NCBI GenBank assembly: GCA_902568875.1
Contig: CACFSG010000002.1
Span: 1,564-65,563 of the forward strand
Source: an uncultured Pelagibacteraceae bacterium
GTDB lineage: Bacteria > Pseudomonadota > Alphaproteobacteria > Pelagibacterales > Pelagibacteraceae
DNA length: 64,000 bases
Direction: 5' to 3'
The position numbers and the translations under genes are program-made. The notes beneath the pieces were generated by a model. That model was not told the origin of the DNA and ran no database searches. It saw only the letters and a program-made list of their open reading frames with translations. Of this stretch, positions 51,790 to 62,139 are shown piece by piece. How positions within the stretch are numbered: position 1 is the stretch's first letter; every line of letters starts with the position of its first letter.

Positions 51790-52706
51790 ATCTAAATTCT
51801 TACAATCAAAAAAATCTTTATGGTTTAGAAAATGAATTTTATGATTTTGTCAAATTATATAATAACAAAAAACTTCCAAATAAAATTTTACTGTCTGGCC
51901 AAAAAGGTATTGGTAAGTGTACACTTTCTTATCATTTGATAAATTTTATATTATCTAAAAATGAAAAATTTTCTTATAGTTTAGAAAATTTTACTATTAA
52001 TCAAGAAAATAAATCTTTTAAATTAATACAAAATGGATCTAATCCAAATTTTAATTTAATAGATGTTAATACAGATAAAAAAAAAATTGATATAGATCAA
52101 ATTAGAAATTTAATAAATAATTTAAATAAATCATCATTAAATTCTAAACCAAGATTTGTATTAATTGATAATATTGAATATTTAAACCTAAATTCTATTA
52201 ATGCATTATTAAAAACTTTAGAAGAACCAAATGAAAATATTTATTTTATATTAATTAATAATAATCAAAGAATAAATCCAACAATTTCATCTAGATGTTT
52301 AAATTTTAAAATATCTTTAACTAATGAAAAAATTTTAACAATAAGTAATAAATTATTAAATGATAATATCTATAATTTAATAAATAAAGATTTATTAAAT
52401 TATTATTTTACACCAGGAAAAATTTATAACTTAGTTAAATTTTCAAAAGAAAAAGAAATAGATTTATCTAATATTAATATTAATAGTTTTTTATCATTAT
52501 TAATTAATAAAACATATTATAAAGAAGATAATAATGTTAAAAATATAGTATATGATCTTGTTGAATCTTTTTTATTAAAAAAAATATCAATAATATATTC
52601 AGATCTTTTTAGTTATTTTTTAAAAAGAATAAATGATACTAAAAATTTTAATTTAGATGAAGAGTCATTATTTATAGAAATTAAATCAAAATTATTAAAT
52701 GGATAA
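51786..52706 (+). CDS. holB: DNA polymerase III subunit delta'
   Basis: LLSGQKGIGK, I.IDQIR, NALLKTLEEP and TISSRC motifs; follows tmk. Confidence 0.88.
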   Translation: MNLNSYNQKNLYGLENEFYDFVKLYNNKKLPNKILLSGQKGIGKCTLSYHLINFILSKNEKFSYSLENFTINQENKSFKLIQNGSNPNFNLIDVNTDKKKIDIDQIRNLINNLNKSSLNSKPRFVLIDNIEYLNLNSINALLKTLEEPNENIYFILINNNQRINPTISSRCLNFKISLTNEKILTISNKLLNDNIYNLINKDLLNYYFTPGKIYNLVKFSKEKEIDLSNININSFLSLLINKTYYKEDNNVKNIVYDLVESFLLKKISIIYSDLFSYFLKRINDTKNFNLDEESLFIEIKSKLLNG

Positions 52707-54240
52707 ATATTACTATATTACAACACCAATTTATTATCCTTCAGCTAAGCCTCATATGGGACATGCTTATTCAAGTATAATAGCTGATTTTTTTGCAAGA
52801 TTTAAAAGAATTGATGGTTATCAAGTTTATTTTTTAACTGGTACAGATGAACACGGACTAAAAATTCAAAGAGCTGCTAAAAGTAAAGGAATTGAAACTT
52901 TAAAATTTTGCGATCAAATAAGTAAAACTTTTAAAGATTTATCTAAAACTTTAAATTTAACAAATACAGACTTTATTAGAACAACAGAACTACGTCATAA
53001 AAAATCTGTTCAATATTTATGGAATGAATTAGAAAAAAATGATGATATTTATTTATCTAAATATTCTGGTTGGTACTCTGTTTCAGATGAAGCTTTTTAT
53101 AATGAAGATGAAATTGAAGAAGTTGATGGTAAAAAAATATCAATTTTATCAAAGTCTTCTGTTGAATGGGTTGATGAAGAATCTTATTTTTTTAAATTAT
53201 CTAAATGGGAAAAACCATTATTAGATTTTTATAAAAAAAATCCTGATTTTATTTCTCCTGAGTCTAGAAAAAATGAAGTTATAAAATTTGTAGAAAATGG
53301 TTTAAGGGACTTATCTGTTAGTAGAAAAAGTTTATCTTGGGGTATTAAAGTACCAAATAATAAAAATCATGTTATATACGTTTGGTTAGATGCTTTAACG
53401 AATTATATAAGTGCTCTTAATTACCCAAATAATAATGATGATTTGTTTAAAAAGTTTTGGCCAGCATCCTTACATTTAATTGGAAAAGATATACTTAGAT
53501 TTCACGCTGTTTATTGGCCTGCTTTTTTACTAGCAGCAAATATAAAACCTCCTAAAAAAATTTATGGTCATGGATGGATACTTTCTGGTGATGAAAAAAT
53601 GTCAAAATCTAAAGGCAATATATTAGATCCAATTGAAGTAATTAAAGAATATGGATTAGATCCTTTAAGATATTATTTAATTAAAGAAGTATCCTTTGGT
53701 AATGATGGAAATATTTCACAAGAAAGATTGGAAGACTGTATTAATAGTGATTTGGCAAACAATTTTGGAAACTTATGTCAACGTGTAACGGCGTTTACTA
53801 TTAAAAATTGTCAAAGTAAAATTCCAGATAAAATTGAATTTAATAATGATGATTTAAATATTCTTAATAAATATAAAGATAATTTAGATGAAATAAGATC
53901 TAAAATTGATAATCAAAATATTAATTTTTATATTGATTATATTGTTAATTCATTATTTGAAGCAAATAAATATTTTAATGACCAAGAACCTTGGAAAAAA
54001 AAAGATAATTTAATAAGATTAAATACAATTATATTTACTAGCCTCGAAATTATAAGAAAAATAAGTTTTTTATTATATCCAATAATTCCCAGTTCTTCAT
54101 TAAAAGCACTTAAAATTTTTGATCTAAAAGAAAAAGATATAAATTTGTCTTCAATAGAAAAAAACGATTTTTTAATTAAAGGAAGTAATATCAATAAAAT
54201 AGATATTCTTTTTAATAAAATAGAAAAAAAAAATGATTGA
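52699..54240 (+). CDS. metG: Methionine--tRNA ligase (short form)
   Basis: TTPIYYP..PHMGH, GTDEHG, YVWLDAL, GKDILRFH and KMSKS motifs. Confidence 0.96.
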   Translation: MDKYYYITTPIYYPSAKPHMGHAYSSIIADFFARFKRIDGYQVYFLTGTDEHGLKIQRAAKSKGIETLKFCDQISKTFKDLSKTLNLTNTDFIRTTELRHKKSVQYLWNELEKNDDIYLSKYSGWYSVSDEAFYNEDEIEEVDGKKISILSKSSVEWVDEESYFFKLSKWEKPLLDFYKKNPDFISPESRKNEVIKFVENGLRDLSVSRKSLSWGIKVPNNKNHVIYVWLDALTNYISALNYPNNNDDLFKKFWPASLHLIGKDILRFHAVYWPAFLLAANIKPPKKIYGHGWILSGDEKMSKSKGNILDPIEVIKEYGLDPLRYYLIKEVSFGNDGNISQERLEDCINSDLANNFGNLCQRVTAFTIKNCQSKIPDKIEFNNDDLNILNKYKDNLDEIRSKIDNQNINFYIDYIVNSLFEANKYFNDQEPWKKKDNLIRLNTIIFTSLEIIRKISFLLYPIIPSSSLKALKIFDLKEKDINLSSIEKNDFLIKGSNINKIDILFNKIEKKND

Positions 54241-54991
54241 TTCACATTGTCATTTAGATCATGAACATTTATTAAGTGATTTAAATAATGTCATACAAAG
54301 ATCAAAGGATATTGGAATTGAAAAATTACTAACAATTTCAACTTCTTTAAAAAGTTTTTCAAAAGTTAAAGAAATTGTTAATAAAGATGAAATAATTTAT
54401 GGCACTATAGGTATTCATCCACATGAAACAGACAATGATATAATTAACACAGAATTTATTATTAAAAGTTTAAAAGAAAATAAAAAAATAATTGGTATTG
54501 GTGAAACAGGATTAGATTTTTATTACAATAATAGCGACAAAGAAAAACAATTAAATAGCTTTAAAATACATATTGAAGCTTCATTAAAAGCTAATGTACC
54601 ATTAATTATCCATTCAAGAAATGCTGAAGAAGAAACTTTTAATACTTTAAATGAATATAAAAATCAAAAACTTAAAATTTTAATGCATTGTTTTACTGGA
54701 TCAAAAAAATTTGCAGAAAAACTATTGAACTTTAATACTTTTTTTTCAGCAAGCGGCATTATTACTTTTAAAAATGCTATTGATTTACAAAATACATTTA
54801 ATTTTTTACCTTTAGATAAAATTCTAATTGAAACAGATAGTCCATTTTTAGCTCCTGTTCCTAATAGAGGGAAAAAAAATGAACCGTCTTTTATCGATTT
54901 TACAGCAGCAAAACTTGCTGACATTAAAAATATTGAAAAATCTGAACTAATTAAAATAACCACAAATAATTTTAATAATCTTTTTTTTTAA
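54233..54991 (+). CDS. tatD: TatD family DNase
   Basis: DSHCHL, GIHPH, GETGLD, IHSR, HCF and ETDSPFL motifs. Confidence 0.93.
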   Translation: MIDSHCHLDHEHLLSDLNNVIQRSKDIGIEKLLTISTSLKSFSKVKEIVNKDEIIYGTIGIHPHETDNDIINTEFIIKSLKENKKIIGIGETGLDFYYNNSDKEKQLNSFKIHIEASLKANVPLIIHSRNAEEETFNTLNEYKNQKLKILMHCFTGSKKFAEKLLNFNTFFSASGIITFKNAIDLQNTFNFLPLDKILIETDSPFLAPVPNRGKKNEPSFIDFTAAKLADIKNIEKSELIKITTNNFNNLFF

Positions 54992-55001
54992 AAAATATTT
55001 T

Positions 55002-55772
55002 ATGAAATTTATAATACTTGGATGCGGAAGTTCAATGGGTGTTCCTAGACCTGATGGTTTTTTTGGAAATTGTGATCCTAAAAACAAAAAAAATTATAGA
55101 ACAAGATGTTCAGCTTTAATTAAAACTTCGGATGAAAATATTTTAATTGATGCATCACCAGATTTACGTCAACAATTATTAAGACATAAAATTAAGAAAA
55201 TTAATAAAGTACTTTTTTCTCATATGCATGGTGATCAAACACATGGTATAAATGATTTAAGGTCATTTTATATAAATGATAAAAGTCAAATTAATGTTTA
55301 TGCTGATAAATATACTTCAAAATATTTAAAACATAGTTTTTCATATATTTTTAAAAGTTTTTCAAAAGAATATCCTGCAACATTAAAATTAAATAAATTA
55401 TCAAAAAATATTTTTACAAAAAATAATAATAAAAAAATTCAAATAAAATCTATTGAAGTAAAACATGGCAAAATTAAATCAAATTGTTTTATCATTGATC
55501 AAAAACTAGCCTACATTAGTGATGTAAATAAAATTTATAATAAAGATTTTAGATATTTTAAAAAACTAAAATTTTTAATAATAGATTGTTTGTGGTATAA
55601 ATATCATCCTTCACATTTTAATTTAGACACTTCACTATCAATAATAAAAAAATTTAAACCAAAAAAAGCTATTTTAACAAATTTATCACCAGTTTTAGAT
55701 TATAAAGTGCTTAAAAAAATTTTGCCAAAAAATGTAATACCTGCTCATGATGGACTTACAATAAAATTATAA
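55002..55772 (+). CDS. Metallo-beta-lactamase fold hydrolase (PhnP-like)
   Basis: LGCGSSMGVP, N.RTRCS, ID.SPDLRQQ, SHMHGDQTHG and AHDG motifs; usual position after tatD. Confidence 0.85.
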   Translation: MKFIILGCGSSMGVPRPDGFFGNCDPKNKKNYRTRCSALIKTSDENILIDASPDLRQQLLRHKIKKINKVLFSHMHGDQTHGINDLRSFYINDKSQINVYADKYTSKYLKHSFSYIFKSFSKEYPATLKLNKLSKNIFTKNNNKKIQIKSIEVKHGKIKSNCFIIDQKLAYISDVNKIYNKDFRYFKKLKFLIIDCLWYKYHPSHFNLDTSLSIIKKFKPKKAILTNLSPVLDYKVLKKILPKNVIPAHDGLTIKL

Positions 55773-56312
55773 AATATCTTCAATTTTATTTACTATTTTT
55801 TTTGATAATGGTTTTGTGAATGATGTGAATGTATCTTCAATATTACCTTCTTTATTTATTAAAATTTTATGAAAATTCCATTTTGGAATTGCAGATTTAC
55901 CATGATTATTTTCAGCCCATTTAAATATTTCATGTGCATTTTTACCTTTTACTTCTGTAATACTTGATAATGGAAAATTAATATTAAAATTTACTTCACA
56001 AAATTCTTTAACTTCAGAATCATTTTTTTTTTCTTGATTAAAGGAATTTGATGGAATACCAAGCACAATCAGGCCTTTTGATTTATATATATCCCATAAT
56101 TTTTGTAATTCTTCATATTGATTTGTAAAACCACAATAGCTTGCTGTATTGACAATCAAAACAACTTTGTTTTTATATTCACTAAAATTAATTATTTTTC
56201 CAGAAATACTTTCAATTTTTAAATCATAAAAAATTTTATCATAATTTGCCATAACTAAACTTTTAAAAAAAAACATAAATAATGATAAACCTATTAATAT
56301 AAATTTTTTCAT
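55767..56312 (-). CDS. Glutathione peroxidase family protein (Cys-type)
   Basis: VNTASYCGFT, PSNSFNQE and WNFHK motifs. Confidence 0.92.
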   Translation of the reverse strand: MKKFILIGLSLFMFFFKSLVMANYDKIFYDLKIESISGKIINFSEYKNKVVLIVNTASYCGFTNQYEELQKLWDIYKSKGLIVLGIPSNSFNQEKKNDSEVKEFCEVNFNINFPLSSITEVKGKNAHEIFKWAENNHGKSAIPKWNFHKILINKEGNIEDTFTSFTKPLSKKIVNKIEDIL

Positions 56313-57481
56313 TTATTAGGTGTAAGTAATATCAAGAAGTAACCAAATAAAGTGGATAATAGTGACCCAGTTAATACACCTATTTTTACACCGTCCATAT
56401 ACTGTATATTTTCAACGAATGCTAAATTTCCAACGAAAAGACTCATTGTAAAACCAATTCCAGTTAATATTCCAACACCGTAAAAATTAAACCAATTTGA
56501 ATTGTTAGGCATTTGAGCAATTTTTGCCTTAATCGATACATATGAAAAAAGGAAAACTCCTAATTGTTTACCTAAAAATAATCCTAATAAAATTCCTAAT
56601 GGCACTTTATTTAATAAAGATCCAAAAGATAAACCTTCCAAAGATACACCTGCATTAGCAAAAGCAAATAATGGCATTATACCAAAGGCCACATAGGGAC
56701 TAATTGAATGTTCAACTTTAATTAATAAAGAAAAATCTTTTTCTTTTTTTCTATGTGGTATTGTCATTGCTAATAACACACCAGCAATTGTAGCATGAAT
56801 ACCTGAATTATGAGTAAAATCCCAAAGAAAGATACCTATAATTAAATATGGTAAAAATTTTTTTATATTAAATTTGTTAATAACTAACAAAATAATAAAA
56901 GCTAATAACATTAAGCTTAAATATTTAATACTCAACTCTCCAGAATAGAATAGGGCAATAATTATTATTGCCCCTAGATCATCAATAATCGCAAGAGCAG
57001 TTAAAAAAACTTTTAAAGATAATGGAACTCTTTTACCTAATAATGATAAAACACCTAATGAAAAAGCAATATCTGTAGCTGATGGTATGGCCCATCCATT
57101 TAAAGTTTCACTATCACCTAAATTTATAAAAACATAAATTAATGCAGGAACTAGCATTCCACCTACAGCAGCAATTATTGGAAGCAAAGCTTGTTTAATA
57201 TTAGAAAGTTCTCCTTGTAAAAATTCCCTTTTTATTTCTAAAGTAACGAAAAAAAAGAATATTGCCATTAAGGCATCATTTATCCAATGTAAAACAGATA
57301 ATTTTAATCCAAAATTATTTATACCTAAAAATAAATATTTATTTAATATTGAAAAATATAATTCTGAAAAATTTGAGTTACTAATTATTAATGCAATTAT
57401 AGCCGCAAATAACAAAACTAATCCACTTGCTGCCTCAAGTTTAAAAAACCATTTAAAAGGTTTAGATAAATAATTGATCAT
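56309..57481 (-). CDS. nhaA: Na+/H+ antiporter NhaA
   Basis: WINDALMA, LEIKRE, GWAIPSATDIAF, AIIDDLGA and GIGFTMS motifs. Confidence 0.96.
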   Translation of the reverse strand: MINYLSKPFKWFFKLEAASGLVLLFAAIIALIISNSNFSELYFSILNKYLFLGINNFGLKLSVLHWINDALMAIFFFFVTLEIKREFLQGELSNIKQALLPIIAAVGGMLVPALIYVFINLGDSETLNGWAIPSATDIAFSLGVLSLLGKRVPLSLKVFLTALAIIDDLGAIIIIALFYSGELSIKYLSLMLLAFIILLVINKFNIKKFLPYLIIGIFLWDFTHNSGIHATIAGVLLAMTIPHRKKEKDFSLLIKVEHSISPYVAFGIMPLFAFANAGVSLEGLSFGSLLNKVPLGILLGLFLGKQLGVFLFSYVSIKAKIAQMPNNSNWFNFYGVGILTGIGFTMSLFVGNLAFVENIQYMDGVKIGVLTGSLLSTLFGYFLILLTPNK

Positions 57482-57483
57482 AA

Positions 57484-57900
57484 TTAAATTAAGTCTTTAA
57501 TAAATAATTCAATATCTTTCAATGTTTCAAAAAGGCTAAATATTATTGATTCTAGATTTGGAAAAAATTGATATAGGGGTGTCCTAAAAGTATCAATTAT
57601 GATTAATAGGGCAATAAATGAAATTATTAGAACTAAAATATAAGACAAAAATTTACTTAAAGAAAAACTTGTTTTTGCTTTATATTTTGTAATTTCATAG
57701 TTCTTTTTATCTATTAATTCTGAAATATTATCTTTTTTAATTGATTTTTTATAAACCGTTTTATTTTTTAAAATTACTTTTTTTGGAAGAAAAAACCACA
57801 CATGATTACATGAGCCACATTGAATTGTTCTTCCAGAATTAGGGATAAGATTTGAATTAACTTCAAATTTTTTATCACAACTAATACATTCAATAATCAT
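57484..57900 (-). CDS. MJ0042-type zinc-ribbon protein with C-terminal TM segment
   Basis: MIIECISCDKKF...GRTIQCGSCNHVW, followed by a hydrophobic helix. Confidence 0.8.
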   Translation of the reverse strand: MIIECISCDKKFEVNSNLIPNSGRTIQCGSCNHVWFFLPKKVILKNKTVYKKSIKKDNISELIDKKNYEITKYKAKTSFSLSKFLSYILVLIISFIALLIIIDTFRTPLYQFFPNLESIIFSLFETLKDIELFIKDLI

Positions 57901-58060
57901 TATTTTTTTATATAATAAATGTTAGTATACTTTTATATCTATTTACTGAAAAAGTTAATTATAGTTTTTTAACATGATTTTATTAAATGTCTTTTTCATT
58001 TACTTTTAAATTGTGATGTATATGGTTAAAAAGACTGATAAATCTAAATAATTTAAACAA

Positions 58061-58810
58061 ATGTTTTTTTTCAAAAGTAAAAATAAAAGGTCTAATAATA
58101 GTAAGTTAAAAATTTTATCTGGTTACAACTTTAGATATAGAAATATAGGAAAAGAATCAGAAAAGACCATAATAAGATATGCTGATCACTTTAATTTTGA
58201 CTATGAAATAGATAAAAGGAATTCATTTGAAAGACATTTTTATTGGTTGAAAATTAAGATGTTGATTGAAAATTTAGAAGAAGGAACACATGAATATTAT
58301 TTTTGGTTAGATGCAGACTCTTTTATATGTAGATATGAAAACATTCTTAACCATGTAGATAAATCAAAAGATATTTGTATTCATAATCAATTTTTTAAAT
58401 CAAAACATAAAACAAAAATTTTAAATGTAGATTATTTAACATGGGGACCAAATGTCGGTGTAATTCTTGTAAAAAATACAAAATGGTCTTTAAATTTTTT
58501 TAAAAATGTATGGAGTAAAAAAAAATATCTAAATCATTATTGGCCTGATAATGCTGCTGTAATGGATGAAATTGGTTTTAAATCAGAAATTTCAAAATTA
58601 ACTGACAATAGACCTTCTAAAAAAACATTGAGTAAATTTTATTTTTTATCTGGTTTGTGGAATAGTATGCCGAATAAAAACTTTGATAATCCAAAAAATA
58701 ATGAAATCTCAAATTTTTATTTTAACCCTATAATTATTCATTTAGCTGGAGTTAGAAGAAGGGATAGAATAAATTTTATTAAAAAACACAAACATCTTTT
58801 TCTTAAATAA
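58061..58810 (+). CDS. GT-A glycosyltransferase, GT34-like (GMA12/MNN10 type)
   Basis: WLKI, FWLDAD (DxD), PNVGVILVKNTKWS and WNS...IIHLAG pattern. Confidence 0.7.
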   Translation: MFFFKSKNKRSNNSKLKILSGYNFRYRNIGKESEKTIIRYADHFNFDYEIDKRNSFERHFYWLKIKMLIENLEEGTHEYYFWLDADSFICRYENILNHVDKSKDICIHNQFFKSKHKTKILNVDYLTWGPNVGVILVKNTKWSLNFFKNVWSKKKYLNHYWPDNAAVMDEIGFKSEISKLTDNRPSKKTLSKFYFLSGLWNSMPNKNFDNPKNNEISNFYFNPIIIHLAGVRRRDRINFIKKHKHLFLK

Positions 58811-59582
58811 CTAGATTATTAATTTGATCTTTTGTATATAAATTTAAATAACAATAATAATCACTTTTTTTAGTTTGTTCATCTTTATCTAATATTTTAT
58901 TTATTGGCACAGGCAAAGAAAAGGGCGGTTCTGACATATCTATCTCTCTAAATTCACCATCTGTTATATCAAAATTTTTAATTTTTTTTTTTGGATCTTT
59001 TAATTTATAAGAAGTTAATAATAAAAAATTTATTTTGCTTTTTTTAAAATTTTTAAAAAATAATTTTATATTTTTAAATGATAAATGAATTAAACAATCT
59101 CTGCAAATCATCAAATCAGTTTCAGGTAAATTATCATTTGTAATATCTAATTGTAAAAAATTAATGTTTTTTTCTTTATGCTTTTTGAGATTTTTGTTTA
59201 TTAGATCATTTACAATATCACCTCCAATATATTGTAAATCTTCATTTAAAATATTTTTAATCCAATTAAAATCACCGCATGGAGCATCTAAAATACTTTT
59301 TATTTTATGATTGTTTATTATATCAATTATACCTTTTTTAATATTGATTGTATTTTTTTGTTCTGACCCTAAACCAGATAAACTTTCCTTTGAGGACCAA
59401 AAATTAGTTTTATAAATTAATTCAAATCTTTCTTTTTGTGAATTTTTACTAAAAATTTTTTTCTTATTTTTTTCATAAATTTGTTTATAAATAATTCTTA
59501 ATGGTGTTGTAATAATCTTAAAGATTGATTTAATTAAACCATTAGATTTATAAAATCTATAATATCTCTTTAATATAAACAT
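58803..59582 (-). CDS. Class I SAM-dependent methyltransferase
   Basis: SLSGLGS, ILDAPCGDFNW, YIGGDIV and DLMICRDCLIHL motifs. Confidence 0.82.
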   Translation of the reverse strand: MFILKRYYRFYKSNGLIKSIFKIITTPLRIIYKQIYEKNKKKIFSKNSQKERFELIYKTNFWSSKESLSGLGSEQKNTINIKKGIIDIINNHKIKSILDAPCGDFNWIKNILNEDLQYIGGDIVNDLINKNLKKHKEKNINFLQLDITNDNLPETDLMICRDCLIHLSFKNIKLFFKNFKKSKINFLLLTSYKLKDPKKKIKNFDITDGEFREIDMSEPPFSLPVPINKILDKDEQTKKSDYYCYLNLYTKDQINNLVI

Positions 59583-59704
59583 TGTCGTTATTAAAAATTA
59601 CAATAAAATATAGAAGGTAAAATCAATTATTTCTACTTTTCCTTATGATATTCTCTTTTTCTTTTTATTGAAAACATAAGTAAAAACGCTATAACAACCA
59701 CACT

Positions 59705-59781
<77 letters not shown>

Positions 59782-59786
59782 TCAAT

Positions 59787-60068
59787 ATGAAAAAAGCAAA
59801 AATTTATATACCCAACAAAAGTGCCATGCAATCTGGTTTAGGTAAAATTAATAAATGGGTTTTAGAATATGAAACTAATAATCCGACTAAAAATCCATTA
59901 ATGGGATGGGAAAGTTCTAATGATACCTATAGCGAAATTAAATTAGAATTTTCCACTAAAGAATTAGCTATTAACTATGCAAAAAATAAAAAAATTGAAT
60001 TTGAATTAATCGAACCAAAAAAAAGAAAAATTGTTAAAAAATCTTATGCAGACAACTTTTTAAAATAA
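59787..60068 (+). CDS. ETC complex I accessory subunit (NDUFS4-like)
   Basis: KSAMQSG, NPLMGWESS.D and KSYADNF motifs. Confidence 0.9.
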   Translation: MKKAKIYIPNKSAMQSGLGKINKWVLEYETNNPTKNPLMGWESSNDTYSEIKLEFSTKELAINYAKNKKIEFELIEPKKRKIVKKSYADNFLK

Positions 60069-60074
60069 AAAAAA

Positions 60075-61064
60075 ATGTTTAAATTTTTTGTTCAAAAAAA
60101 ATGGTTTTTATGGAGTATACTTGGATCAATTTTTATTCTTGTTTCAACATGGTACCAGGTTCAATTGGATGTTAAAATTAATGAATGGTTTGGTGAATTT
60201 TATGATACTTTACAAAAAGCTTTAACTACTCCTAATTCAGTTTCTGAATCTGAGTTTATAGGTTATCTTTTTACATTTGCTAAAATAGCAGCTTTGTGGA
60301 TTTTAATTGCAGTGTTTACTGGATTTTTTACAAGTCATTGGGTCTTTAGATGGAGAACATCTATGGCTGATTACTATCATGATCAATGGTTGAAAGCGAG
60401 ATTAACTGAAGGAGCTTCTCAAAGAGTTCAAGAAGATACATTAAAATTTGCGAGAATAATGGAAGGTCTTGGTACTGGATTGCTAGATAGCATAATGACA
60501 CTTATAGCTTTTACTCCTATACTTTGGGGTTTATCAAAACAAATTGATGTTTTACCATGGATTGGTGAAGTAGATCATGCTCTTGTGTGGGTTGCTATCA
60601 TTTCAGCCTTAGGAGGAACATTGTTATTAGCTGCTGTTGGTATTAAACTTCCTGGAATTGAATATGATATTCAAAAAGAAGAAGCTGGTTATAGAAAAGA
60701 ATTAGTTCATGGAGAAGATGATCCTATTAGAGCTGCACCTCCCACAATAGGTCAATTGTATAATAGAGTTAGAGGAATTCATTATAAATCTTATTTTCAT
60801 TATTTATATTTTAATACTGTAAAGTGGAGTTATTTTCAGGGAATGGTTATAGTTCCTTATTTAGCACTGGCTCCAACTATAGTAACTGGTGCAATTACAT
60901 TAGGATTTGTTCAACAAATAACCAGAGCCTTTGGTAGAGTAGAGGGTTCACTTCAATATTTGGTTAAAAGTTGGTCTACAATCGTAGAATTAATTTCAGT
61001 TTGGAAAAGATTAAGAGAATTTGAAGCTAAACTTGAAATTTCAAAAGTGGAAATTATTTCATAA
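60075..61064 (+). CDS. sbmA: SbmA/BacA-like peptide transporter
   Basis: SHWVFRWRT, EGASQRVQEDT, EAGYRKELV and SWSTIVELISV.KRL motifs. Confidence 0.85.
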   Translation: MFKFFVQKKWFLWSILGSIFILVSTWYQVQLDVKINEWFGEFYDTLQKALTTPNSVSESEFIGYLFTFAKIAALWILIAVFTGFFTSHWVFRWRTSMADYYHDQWLKARLTEGASQRVQEDTLKFARIMEGLGTGLLDSIMTLIAFTPILWGLSKQIDVLPWIGEVDHALVWVAIISALGGTLLLAAVGIKLPGIEYDIQKEEAGYRKELVHGEDDPIRAAPPTIGQLYNRVRGIHYKSYFHYLYFNTVKWSYFQGMVIVPYLALAPTIVTGAITLGFVQQITRAFGRVEGSLQYLVKSWSTIVELISVWKRLREFEAKLEISKVEIIS

Positions 61065-62005
61065 TGGCTCTTGATAAAAAATTTGAAAATCTCTTTATTC
61101 AAGTTTCTACTAAAGCAGCTTTATCTTCATTTTATTGGGTTGGAAAAAAAAACAAAAATGCAGCTGATAAAGCTGCTGTAGATACAATGAGAAATGAATT
61201 AAATAAAATTGATATGAAAGGCAAAATTGTTATAGGTGAAGGAGAACTTGATCAAGCACCTATGCTTTATATTGGTGAAACTGTGGGAACAAATAATGGA
61301 CCCGAACTCGATATTGCTGTCGATCCTTTAGAGGGAACAAATTTTGCAGCAAACAATTTACCTGGAGCTTTATCAGTCATTTCAATAGCTGAAAAATCAA
61401 ATTTATTTAACGCTCCAGAAACATATATGAATAAAATATCCGCAAATGTAAAAGAGCATAATATTATTGATCTTGATTATCCTATTAAAAAAAATATTTA
61501 TAATTTAGCTGAATTCAAAAATAAGAAACCTTCTGATTTAACTGTATGTATATTGGATAGACCACGTCATAAAAACATAATTGAAGAATTAAAAAATCTT
61601 AATGTAAAGTTAAAACTTATTACTGATGGCGACGTTTCTGGAGCTTTATTGGTTACAGAACAAAAACATAATATCGATTTATTCTTAGGTATAGGTGGTG
61701 GTCCAGAAGGAGTTCTTGCAGCTTCTGCATTAGATGCATTTGGTTGTTTTTTTCAATGTCGTTTTTTATTTTATACTGAAAATGACAAATTAAGAGCGAA
61801 AAAGATGGGTATTACAAATTTAGAAAAAAAGTATGATTTAAAGGAAATAATTACAGGTGATTCAATTTTTTGTGCCACAGGAATAACCTCAGGTGATTTA
61901 GTATCTGGAATCGATATTAAAAACAGTAACTTTACATCTGAAACATTAATTACTCATAAATCTACTGGGTTAAAAAAGATTATTCAAAAAACACAAAAGG
62001 TTTGA
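61064..62005 (+). CDS. glpX: Class II fructose-1,6-bisphosphatase
   Basis: VIGEGE.D.APML, DPLEGT, DGDV, GGGPEGV and ATGIT motifs. Confidence 0.94.
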   Translation: MALDKKFENLFIQVSTKAALSSFYWVGKKNKNAADKAAVDTMRNELNKIDMKGKIVIGEGELDQAPMLYIGETVGTNNGPELDIAVDPLEGTNFAANNLPGALSVISIAEKSNLFNAPETYMNKISANVKEHNIIDLDYPIKKNIYNLAEFKNKKPSDLTVCILDRPRHKNIIEELKNLNVKLKLITDGDVSGALLVTEQKHNIDLFLGIGGGPEGVLAASALDAFGCFFQCRFLFYTENDKLRAKKMGITNLEKKYDLKEIITGDSIFCATGITSGDLVSGIDIKNSNFTSETLITHKSTGLKKIIQKTQKV

Positions 62006-62059
62006 TAAAATTAATAAGTCTTGATTATAGCAATATTATACAATAAAAAACTCACATTT

Positions 62060-62134
62060 GGTCCCTTCGTCTATCGGTTAGGACACGTGGTTTTCATCCT
62101 CGAAAGAGGGGTTCGATTCCCCTAGGGACCGCCA
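62060..62134 (+). tRNA. tRNA-Glu(TTC)
   Basis: GGTCCCTTCGTCTATCGGTTAGGACACGTGGTTTTCATCCTCGAAAGAGGGGTTCGATTCCCCTAGGGACCGCCA; anticodon TTC. Confidence 0.93.
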
Positions 62135-62139
62135 CATTT

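Noticed and set aside
51786-54240. Lack of zinc-finger cysteines in HolB and MetRS as a special adaptation
   Set aside because: Zn-less versions of these proteins are common in Alphaproteobacteria, so this is not distinctive, unlike the TGT case.
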